Shown: positions 1 to 11,200 of the stretch, in pieces
Layout: each line of letters starts with the position of its first letter
How positions within the stretch are numbered: position 1 is the stretch's first letter
NCBI GenBank assembly: GCA_001244265.2
Contig: CDLV01000009.1
Coordinates: 1,116,001-1,180,000, forward strand
Direction: 5' to 3'
DNA: 64,000 nucleotides
From: Microbotryum violaceum
Lineage: Eukaryota
Translations under genes and position numbers: made by a program
Notes under the pieces: model-generated
Databases searched by the model: none
What the model was told of the DNA's origin: nothing
Seen by the model: the letters and a program-made list of their open reading frames with translations, nothing else

Positions 1-995
1 CTGTTGAGGGAAACCACATGACCAACGAACGGAAGGGTGGAACCGGTAGAGGAGCGAATTGAGTTGCAGCGACGAGGTTGAATTGACATTGGCCCAGATG
101 CCACCGATTTTCTAGAGCAAAGGTGAACGAATTTGCGGTCAGCATCCATACACTCTGGGGAGAAGCACTCATAATTTTCTCATTTCGCTCAAGATTCGAC
201 TCACATCATCGGCCTCGTAAATGACGACGTCGAAACCGTGCGCTACGAGATGGGCCGCCGAGGAAATTCCGCTCAGTCCAGCGCCGATGATCGCAACTCG
301 GCCGAACGGCTCGACTCCATCGGGAAGAGGGCGGTACTGGGGGTTGGAAATACAGATGCAGGCATTAGTTTAGGGTTCTTCGTTGACGTGTTGCGGCGAC
401 CATTCGTTTTGACTGCTGTGCCATCGGTTCGGGCTCCCGAGTATATCGACGGGTTCGTGCGCGGGCTCCGAGATCCCGAATCGGCGCTGCACGGGCAGTA
501 GTAGTGTGTACTCACAGGCGCAGTAAAGAGAAGATCCACACCAGCCTGATAGATTTGATACCCGACATTGCAAAGTGCATAAAACAGATTGAGGAATGCA
601 TTGAACCAAGTCCAAGGGCTGATCAGATGCACGACGTTCAGAACCGCTTGACGCGAGGCGTTCCATGATGACGAGGTCGCCGAGGTTGAGGACGAACGAC
701 GGCCACGACGGGTCCGAGTCGGCTTACGTAGGTCTTCTACAACCGTATCGGATGAGGCGGAGCTGAGAGGTGGGGAGTTGTCCGATGAGGTGGCCATTAT
801 GATCGCTGTGTTTTGGATGTGCAGAGGCGGACATGGCGCGAGGCGGATGGACGCAATTTCACGCCGGGCCGCGCCGGAATCTGCGACGCCCGGAGTGACG
901 TATTCACGGCCTGGGTCGGGGTCGACCACGTTCCCGAGTCCGAGCCCGCCGAAAGCCGAGCCCTCGCGCCTGGATGCAGACCTTTCATCAGCCAT
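1..995 (-). CDS. Flavin-containing monooxygenase-like FAD/NAD(P)-binding protein, 5' part (runs off the left edge)
   Basis: Manual splicing (introns ~515-337 and 204-112, both GTGAGT...AG) gives ...PFGRVAIIGAGLSGISSAAHLVAHGFDVVIYEADD|KIGGIWANVNSTSSLQLNSLLYRFHPSVRW. This has the Rossmann GxGxxG motif followed by GGxW, typical of the FMO/BVMO family. The start codon is uncertain. Confidence 0.75.
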
Positions 996-1221
996 CGAGA
1001 CGAGAGAGTTGTATAAGATTTGTTTTGGTGGATGTATCGAGATCTAGATCCTCAGGTATCATAATGGAGGCGTATACAGGGGAAGAGACTAAATCCGACT
1101 CGCTGGGCGAAGAGCTGGCGTCTAGTACTACTACACGAGCTTACCCCTGATGAGACAACAGTTCATTTGCATGGCATGATGAACAAAGAAAAGGAAAAAC
1201 AAGCTGAAGAGGAAACGCGAC

Positions 1222-2665
1222 TCAAGCCAAGACACCCAATCGGTTGAGCACAGCAGCCATGCCCATCGTACTCATTCCAGCGAACCACTGAGGAGGAAAA
1301 TAATTTTCGTCGGCGCCAATATCAAGTCAGGTGCCCCTGACACCTGGCGATCCTAAAAGCACTGACCTTGACAGTGTTGACCATGGCGTTGATGGGAGGG
1401 ACAATCAACAAGAGACCCGAGGATCCAGGGTCGGTCGGGATGTTGTCTATGTAGCAAGCAGATGGGGCTGGGCAATCAGTTCCGAGGCCAGAGTGGACCT
1501 CAGAGGAGCCTGCTTGGTACCCTGCAAGTCTCACCTTCTTGCTTGGTGATGTACCAGAGGTTATCGGCACCTTTCCTCAGATCCACTCGGACAAGGAAGC
1601 GCACGTGAAAGACCTGTCGAAGTGCTTCTAATGAGTGGCTTGACGCCCGAGAAACTCGCGCACTGGCAGCTCGAACACACCGGATTACGCGCTTCCGGAA
1701 CCGGTAGGAAGCGGAGCTGCAAGTGTTCGGTGAGATCTAAGGAAGGTGATGTATAATTTAAGCTGGGTGGTAAGGGTTCTATGTGTGCTCCACACGTGGG
1801 TCCGAACTCACCAATCAAGCAAGCCCGAGTTTCGCCTCCCTTGCTCTTCGTGACGTCTTCGAAGGCGACGGCGTGGTACTCGATCTTGTTGTTGAGGGTC
1901 AAGGCTCGGAGCATTCGATAGGCAGCTTTGACGCCGTGTTTGCCCTGGGCGCGCGGTGAGTTGAGCATGGGATGCACGATCACTGTTGGGGCCACGGGGA
2001 GAGAAGACAGATTCTTTCAGGTTCGGACTCGGAGAAAACCGCCGAGGGGCCACCGTCCCCGATGTTAAAATAAACGTACCCGAGTCACTGAAAGGGGATC
2101 AAACAGTATGACTACTTTCAGGATGTAGACAAACTTTGAACGAGGATCTGCCTGACACTCACTCTGAAAAGTAACGATCGACGGAAGCGAGAATCTTGGC
2201 CGATTCCCTCGGCTCGGTGATCTTGCGTACGACGTTCCGAATCTCACTCGCAGGGTTCTCCATGGCGCGTTGAGGGGTGTGGTGTAGTAAGCTGGTGTGA
2301 GTTGATTCTGCGTGCTTTCATACGGTATACGGAAAAGGTAAGTACCAGATAGTTCAGCTTGTCTCTGAAGTTCGCCGAACCCGCCGCGGTCGCGGTCACT
2401 GCAGTGCACGGTCACGGGTGCGGATGGCGACGGGCGTGGTGGGATACGCACGATGAGGAGAGGGAGTCGGACTGCAAGGTAGGATGCCCCCGATTAGCCC
2501 ATCCAGACCATATATGAGCTGTGTCAATTGACGTACCTTGTTTGAGTCTCCGCGAGCGATTGGCGTGGACGGGAGAGGGGAAGATGAAGATGAGCTTGAG
2601 AAGACCGCGGCACGACTTGGGATCATGACGATGTTTCCGGCGAGAGCTGACCGAGTTGCGCGCAT
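1222..2665 (-). CDS. Hypothetical multi-exon protein
   Basis: ATG at 2665 (MRATRSALAGNIV...) followed by a GTACGT donor. Further open exon-like blocks are flanked by splice signals (NQLTPAYYTTPLNAPWRTL; VIVHPMLNSPRAQGKHGVKAAYRMLRALTLNNKIEYHAVAFED; DNIPTDPGSSGLLLIVPPINAMVNTVK). No family recognised and the exon chain is not fully resolved. Confidence 0.35.
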
Positions 2666-3050
2666 CACTGCAGTGGAGCTCCGAATTCTCCGACTCGGCC
2701 AATTCACGTCACTATGACAGAACATCAAATGGCCAAAATATGGACTGTTTGATGTCTGAAACTTCCAAGCCAAAAGCAATCTGCACGCTGTAAAACACCA
2801 TAACCCACTGCTGAATCTCCGTGTCCGCGTCACAGCCTCAGCTCACAACGTGTGCCATGAAATTGGGTCTTAGTGTCGCTTGCAGTGAGTAGCTCTAATT
2901 CCTAACAGCGTTTTGCAATTGTGAGCGCGTCTCGCCCGGGCGGGTACCCTCCGCAAACGAGCCGCTCCCCCCTGCGTCCCGTCCTGTCCCACCCACGTCG
3001 CCTTCTCGCCCCTCTCATCCCCCTCTCACCCCGACCTTTTGCATATCGCC

Positions 3051-4648
3051 ATGTCTGCGATCCGATCGTCGATCACGCTCTCTGCGACATCACGCACGCT
3101 CGCGACGGGTGTACCGTTCGCGCGCGGGTTGAACCTGGCTGCGCCGGCGGGCGCTTCCGCCGCTGACCACGGTCACGGCGATGCCTCGCCTCGTTCCGAC
3201 TTTGGACAGATCCCGACGTGGTCGCAAAAGACGGAGCTCAAGTCGGTTGGTGGTCTCGTTTCGAGGGCCAGCGTGAATGGTGAGTGCGCAGTCGTCGGAA
3301 CTGTGCGCCGTGCTCCCCCCTATAGCAGCCCCTCCCGTCTCTCCCTGCGAGCGAGCGTCGATTCGGAAGCGTCGGGATTGGCCTATAGCCCAGCCAAACG
3401 GAGCGGGTGTGGCCTCGACACCGACACGCCTGCAGTGTGCCACGAGTAGGGCGAAGGGGGAAAGGATACGTAGAAGTCGAAATCGGGAAGATGATGCACT
3501 CGATCCATTATGCACTCGTCATTGCGGGTACCTGGTGCGGGATGGGGGGTCCGCCACGACGAGGCGTTGTCGATCGGGGCCGGCTCAACGGGGGCGGAAC
3601 GATTCGGACTCACTCCTCTGCTGCACACACCATCGCACGCCCCCGCCCTGGACGACTCGACATGAAGGAGATCGTACGATGTGGACCATGCGATGAGACT
3701 GGCCGGGCCAGATGCTGCTGCAGGTGCACCGCTCGACCGTCCATTCCGCGTCATCGTCCCGCGATCGCATACCCACCTGTCCACCTCTCTTCACGTCCAC
3801 AACATCATATTCGAGCTCATGGCCATCTCCATTGACATTCAACTGACTCGTTGATTTGGTTTTCCTTCATTTAGCCTCGCCCGCCCGCCCCTTCCAACCC
3901 CGCTTCATGTCGACCTCATCCAAGCAGCTCGCACCCACGACCCAGGTCCCCGACTTCACCCCCTACACCAAGGGCACAACCGAGACCTCGGGCCGAGCCT
4001 ACTCTTACTTCCTCGTTGGTGCCATGGGTACCTTGACCGCCGCCGGTGCCAAGTCGACCGTCGCCGATTTCTTGACCAACATGAGCGCCTCGAGTGATGT
4101 CTTGGCTTTGGCCAAGGTCGAGGTCGACTTGAGCGCCATCCCCGAGGGCAAGGTATGTCGTTGTACGAAGAGTGTTAGATTGGGACGTAGCAGAGACTGA
4201 CAGGCCCCGCTTACCTTGTCGCACGCAGAACGTCATCATCAAGTGGCGCGGAAAGCCCGTCTTCATCCGTCACCGTACCGCGGACGAGATCGAGGAGGCC
4301 AACAACGTCGACATCAAGTCGCTGCGTGATCCCCAGACCGATGCCGACCGTGTCAAGAAGCCCGAATGGCTTGTCATGCTCGGTGTCTGCACCCATCTCG
4401 GTCAGTCCTCTACCTTGGGTTTGTCCAGACGCTTCCCGATCTGCTGCTGACTCTGGGGCTTTCAACCTTTCACCCAAACAGGATGTGTCCCTATCGGAGA
4501 GGCCGGTGACTACGGAGGGTGGTACTGCCCCTGCCACGGATCGCACTACGATATCTCGGGCCGAGCGCGACGTGGGCCGGCGCCGTTGAACCTCGAGATC
4601 CCCGAATACGAGTTCGAGGAGGGAGATTCCAAGCTCATCATCGGTTAA
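3051..4648 (+). CDS. RIP1: Cytochrome bc1 complex Rieske iron-sulfur subunit
   Basis: Four exons (3051-3279, 3875-4152, 4229-4400, 4482-4648). Contains [41 protein letters not shown] and the Rieske boxes CTHLGC and CPCHGS, plus [10 protein letters not shown]. Confidence 0.97.
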
Positions 4649-5226
4649 AAAAGAATCTTTGCAAGAACGGGTCGGAGGTAGAAAGTGGATGAGGTGGTGT
4701 ATGTGTTTTGTGTGTGTTTTTCTCTCTGGTCAGGGAGTGGTAAGAGTCGCTCGTCGGTGGTGGGATCATCATGGAATGGTCATTCTTCTTGTGGCTTTTT
4801 TTTCTTCCTCTGCGGGGCCGTTTGGGGACTGCTTTCTTGCATCTGTTCAGGTGGTTTTGCTAGACTGATATCGTGGTCGAAGAGAGCCGGCTTCGAGCTT
4901 TCGATTTCGAGATGTGTGTCTGTTTCCCGCTCGGCGAGAGCGATATTCTGGACCGGTGATTTTCTCTGCTGTACGCTTAGTGAAAGATACTACCCTGGGC
5001 CGGCTGGATCAGCGCGTACTCTGATGAAGGTATGAACAACATATACGCGCTGGAGAATTTATCCGGCTTGGTCGGTCCGACCGGCGCGTACGCGCGCGTA
5101 AGGAAGTCAAAACAGGCCCAAACACGAATCCGACCACGCGTCGTTGACTCGCGCGACTCGACTTTGGACCCCCCCCCACGTTGAACGAGCCTCGCGGAAC
5201 GGTTTCAACGCCGCAACCAACGCGCC

Positions 5227-8200
5227 ATGGTTCTCCGACGTAGTAGGTCGTCGTCCTCGAACGTCCGATACGTCGACTCCGACGATGATGACGACGAAGA
5301 TGATTTCGCACCTTCTTCTGCGACGAAAGCGCTGCGCAAAGGAGGGAATGCTAAGGCGTTGTCGACTGGCGCGAAGGGCAAGGTCAAGTCGCGTCGCGCT
5401 ATGGACGACGACGATAGTGATTTTGTCATTGAGGGTGTCGAGGCGGAGGAACAGGATGATAATGATTTTATGATGGATGAGGATTTGCAGGATGAGGAGG
5501 AGGGGGAGGGAGCATCGAGCGTCGAAGAGGACTTTCAGGAGGATGATCTGATCGTCGTCGAGGTGAGTTGCCGTCGGATTCACGCGACAGAAGGGGTTAT
5601 TGCGCGCCCGGGAAAAGCTCTTGAATAGGAATTGATGGCTGATCTCTCGTGCGTTTGCTCTAACACAGAAGGGTGCAAGAGGATCGAAAGCGGCTGGCGG
5701 TCGCAAGGGTGCCAGCGGCAAGACGTCGCAAAACGTTTACTCTCGCGGCAAGTCCGCACTCAAAGGCGAGGACGGCACCAAAGGCGCTTCGCTCGACGAG
5801 TCATTGCCGCCGATGAGCGACTTGAGCGAAATCTTCTCCGACCTCGTAGGCAAGGTCAAGGATGAGCTTGGTCAAGTCTGCGATCAGCTTGGCAATCGCA
5901 AACTTCGCGTCGGAACCATGTGCAGGTTCGTACGACTTGTGGGGCGGCGCAGAAGGGTAGCATAATCGCGATCGGATGTTGCCCCAAAGTATAAAAACTT
6001 TTCGATCGGAAAAGTAGGCTGATAAAACATTTGCGTTCTTTCCACAGTGGTACTGAAAGTCCCCTGCTTGCTCTTGGTCTGATTTCCGAGTCACTGGAAG
6101 AATTGACCGGCCGCAAGCTGCAAGTCGAGCACATCTTCTCCTGCGAGATCGAGCCGTTCAAACAGGTCAGTCCAATGGTTTTAGGCACGAAAGCGCGGGA
6201 ACACGATGCTGATACCAAACCGAGCAGGCCTACATCGAGCGCAACTTTTCGCCGCCCTTGCTGTTCCGAGATGTGACCGAGCTAGGCGGAGAACAAGCCA
6301 AGACGGCCTACGGAAGTATCGCTGACATCCCGGGCCACATCGACATGCTCGTCGCTGGCACGTCGTGTGTCGACTACTCGCCGCTGAACACGAAGCAAAA
6401 GACGATCGACGACCAAGGCGAGTCCGGACGCACGTTTTTTGGCATGCTTGATTACGTCGAGAAGCATCAGCCGCCTATCGTCATCCTCGAGAACGTCTCG
6501 AACGCGCCGTGGGACGAGGTCGTCAAAAAATTCCACAGTATCAAGTACCATGCCGTCTATGTCCGACTTGACACGAAGCATTATTACATTCCTCATACTC
6601 GCTCCCGTGCGTACCTCATCGCCGTGCCCAGGTCTTCTGGGGTCGAGGTCGTGGAGAAGTGGGCGACGATGATGAAGAAATTTGTGCGACCATGCTCGTC
6701 GCCGCTCGAGGCGTTCTTGTTGCCAACCGATGATCCTCGCATCCATCGAGCGAGGCAAGACCTGTCCAAGATCGCCATGACCAAAGATGGTGTCAAACGA
6801 GCCCCGACGGATTGGATTCGCTGCGAGGGTCGTCATGCCCAGGCACGAGAGCAAGAGTTCCTCGGCCTGCAACGACCTCTGACGGCCTGGAAGGACAACG
6901 GCGGTGCACCAACGATGCCCGATGGCGCATGGAATGACTGGGCCTCGGCGCAAACGGAACGTGTGTGGGATCTGATGGACATCTCGTACATGCGGCTGGC
7001 GCTCGAGAACACCGATGTATCATACAAGTCGGCGCTGTGGAACCTGTCCCAGAATGTCGATCGGCAAACGTCGAATCCCATCCTAGGCATCTCATCATGC
7101 TTGACGCCCAACATGATTGCCTACCTCGCGAGTCGCGGCGGACCCATCATCGGTCTTGAAGCGTTGGCCTTACAGGGCTTGCCCATCAACAAATTGCTGC
7201 TGACCCGCGAGAACACGGATCAGCTCGCCGATCTGGCCGGCAACGCCATGTCGTCCACTGTTGTCGGCTCGGCAATCCTAGCCGCATTATTGGTCGCTCG
7301 CAAGACACTCGGCTCGAACCATCCCGAGACCAACGAAGATGCGCCCGCTGGGGAGGAAACGGAACGGATTGGATCGGTCGATATTGAGGGGCGCATCCGC
7401 GGTGAGGAGCGCCTTCTGCCTCACCCCGTCGATCTCGCGGCGTTCAATCCCCTGACCGACGGCTTCCTCGAGAGGGCCGCGCAAACGGCGCGCAAGTGTC
7501 TCTGCGAGGGCCGCACGAGCAACACGCCCGATGACGTCGCAATCATGGTGTGCGACGCTTGTGGGCACTCAACCTGCGCGAAGCATGTCGCTCGACCTGA
7601 TCATCGCTACCGCGTCGAGACGGGGAAGCGCGCCAGTCCCGACTCGTTCATTGCGGAGCTCAAGGGATTGTTGCCCATGCGCTTTACCCTCGCTGGCTTT
7701 GATCTCAAGTCTCTGCAAGACAGAGTCGCCGACCTTCTGGCAGGGGGTGTTCCTCTCGAAGAGTCGCAGTCGGCCTACTACGAGCGCATCGCCGCGGCCG
7801 TCGATGGGGTCGAGTTCCACTTTTCTGAGTTCGTTCGTCGTCGAGAATGGATCGTCACGTTCGCTGCCGAGGATGCGACGCTGGAACTGCACATCTCCGC
7901 GCATGGCTGTGAATGGCTACTCCGCGTTGCCTGCGAGCGCTCGCTGCCCGTCAACGATCCGCTGCGCAAATTACTCGAGGTGCCGATTGCGCGGAACCAA
8001 CTCTTCCCCACGGCACAGAACCTGCTGGATGGTCAGTGGGAACTCGCAGCTGTGATCGATGGAGCTGGAAAGGGGAAGCAGGCCTTCAGCATCGACATCG
8101 AGGTCGTAGGCGACATGGTCCCTTCCTGGCGAGCGCGCATGGGACTCGTCGACTTCTTCGGCGAGAAGAACCATGACGGAGTCGAGATCGCACCCTCGGA

Positions 8201-11200
8201 AAAGAGACCCTATCGTATGCGGGTCAAGATGTCAGATACCATCACTCCATTGGTAGACCGATCGCTCGACGGTCTCTACGAACTCGAGGCTGAGTGTGGC
8301 ACCGCATGCCAGTCCTTGTATCGTCGCATCGAGCCCGTCGAGTCGAAGCCATTATACTTCTTTTTCGACCCGACGCGCTTCGGAACGGCTGACATTGATT
8401 CCTTCGTGTTTTCCGACGATTGCGAACGGCTCGAATACGGCGAGCACCGCAACAAGCTCGCCACGCTCGCGCCTTCGTGGCGCTTGCCTGGCACGTTCCC
8501 TACGGTTTCTCCACAATCACAGATCCGAGTGGCCAAAGCTGAAGCCCTTGCGAGTTCTGGAACCATCGCCGTCTCGCTTCCGACTATGTGGACACCTCTG
8601 CCTGGATCCCACATCGTTCACGAGAAGATGGACCGTGTAGATGCGACCTTTTCGACTTTGTCGACGACGTTCGAATTGACTGCCGATGCGGTGGCATGCT
8701 CGTTCGCTGACAACCTTCTGGTCGCCCGAGTCGAGCAAGCACCGTCGGCGAGGAAGCTCAAATGGGCAACGGAAGAGTGGCACGAGGTCGATCTGCACCA
8801 TGAGGGACCCGAAGTGTTCTCCAAGATCTCGTGGATGCTCACCAAGATCCCGGCATGGGATGCCCTGCGAGAGTGGCAACACATCACCGGAGAGGTGAGC
8901 TCAGGTTGCAACTCACGGGATCGCTGTCTGCGCAGTCAGTGATTGACAAGTTCTTACACCACTTACAGCTCGAAATGGACTGCCAAGCCTGCTGCCCTCC
9001 ACCTCCCATGATTCATTGGGTCAAGCGCTCCGAGCAAAAGGCCAAGTTGCTTCAAGTTTCGATCGTCGCAGTCGAGGACGGTCAGCAGGCGGCCCGGTTC
9101 GAGCGAGCCCTCAAGGCGAGACCCTCGCCTTTGCTCGTCCACACTCGTCAGACAGCAACGCATTTCGAGTTCCGCATCGGACTCAACGCCGCCACGCTTG
9201 CGCATCGTGCTCTCGGGACTTTGCCCGTCAATCGCTTGCATACCTACGAGATGAGCGAGCCGACCGTCATTTGGCGTCTGAAGTCGTCGAACGGCGTCGA
9301 GCTCGGCTACGGCAAAGACGGCGAGCCGACCGAGTTTTCTATCCCTTCCAACGACGCTGACGTGATGGCCGATCAACCCCCTCATTTCAAGGTCTTCCAA
9401 CTGCGCAACGAGCAACGTCGATCTTTGCAATGGATGATCGAGCAAGAGGCGAACCCTCGTCCCTGGGTCGAGGAAGAAGTTGCCGAAGCCATCCTGCCCC
9501 AACTTGGCTGGCAGGCCGAGGCCAAGGCTTCGCGCGAAGTGACGGTCCGAGGTGGTGTCTTGGCCGACGCGGTTGGTTACGGCAAGACGGCCATCACAAT
9601 CGCCTTGATATCCGCTCGTTTAGGCCAGACTGAGCTGCCAGTCGAAACGGATCGAATTGCCGTCAAGGCGACACTCATCGTCGTTCCTGCTCATTTGACC
9701 TCTCAATGGCCGTCCGAAATTGAAAAGTTCACCCAGGATGCCAACCAAAACTTTGAGCTGCTCACCGTCAAGGATCTCAATGATCTGCGCCGCAAGACGA
9801 TCGAAGACTTCCGCAAAGCCGACATCATTCTCGTCGCCGAGACCGTGTTTAACTCTCCTCTCTACTGGCCACAGCTGTGAGTGGCGATCACCGGAGAAGG
9901 TTGCTAAACTCATCTTGGATCACTGATGCCATCTTGGGTCGCGAATTCAGTGGAGACTGGAGTGCCAGTGAACGAGGCGTCAAATACGACAAGAACGCCG
10001 GTCGATACTTCCGCATCTGCGTCAACCAAACCGTGGCTGCTCTGCCCGCCCAAGTCGAAAAGCTGCTCAACAACGACGCCAAGGGCGTCTTCGACTCCAT
10101 CAAAGCTGCCCGGAAGGCACGTGACCAAATCAAGGATCTCGTCGATGAGCCTTCGAAGCGTCTAAAAGGACAGGCCGCTGTCTTTGCCAAAGAAGCGGCC
10201 GAGTTCCTCGAAAAGCGGGATGGCAAGAAGCCTCAGGCCAAGCAGGAGCTCAAAGTCAAGAAAGATCTTGAGAAGAAGGTCGAAGCCGATCCGTGGAACC
10301 TTGGCTCGAAGGACACGCAGAATAATTGGGAACAGATGACTTCGCCTCCGTTGTCAATCTTTTCGTATGAGCGTATCGTCATTGATGAGTTCACTTACAC
10401 GGATGGGCCTCAGCTCGCTGCTGTTCATGCGATCCGTGCTCGATCGCGATGGATCCTGTCGGGCACGCCTCCGTTGGAGACTTTTGCTCAAGTCAAGACG
10501 TCAGTGCCTTTGCCCGGTTCTCGCCTGAGTATGTCCTTGCTTACGTGCTGCTTGTTTGCTATACAACAGCATCGCCAACCTCCTCCACGTTCATCTCGGA
10601 GTCGACGACGAAAGCGAGTTTCAAGGCGGATCCAACGGCGCGCGATACAAGGAAAAAACCGCGGCCGAACAATTCCATTCCTTCCGAGACGTGCACACCG
10701 TCGGGTGGCACAAGAACCGTGATCGGATCGCGCAGAAATTCCTCGATCAATTCGCTCGTCAGAATTGGGCCGACACAACAACGATCTCGTATTCGGATAG
10801 CATCAAGATGATTGACTTGCCGGCGGCGGAGATGGCTATCTACCGAGAACTCGAGCATCATCTGCTCGCTTTGTCGAACGATCTGTAAGGCATTGATTGC
10901 TCCTGATCTCGGGCGTTCGGGGATAAAGTCACTGACTCCAGGTGCGAGTTGCTCGATGCAGTGGCAAGATTCAGCGTATCAAGAAGGAGAAGCGTGGCGA
11001 TCGAGAGGTTCGCCTGTCGGAGGCACTCGGCAACAGCAAATCGCCTGAAGAAGTGAGCTGTCCCCGTCAAATCCGAGTCATTGTTCGGAGCGCTTTTTTG
11101 ACTCAGAGTTATCTTACCGAACCAGGCCTTACTCAAGCGCTGCTCGCATTTCTCAATGGACATCGAGGAATACGACGATTCCGTCAAGCACATTGGTGCA

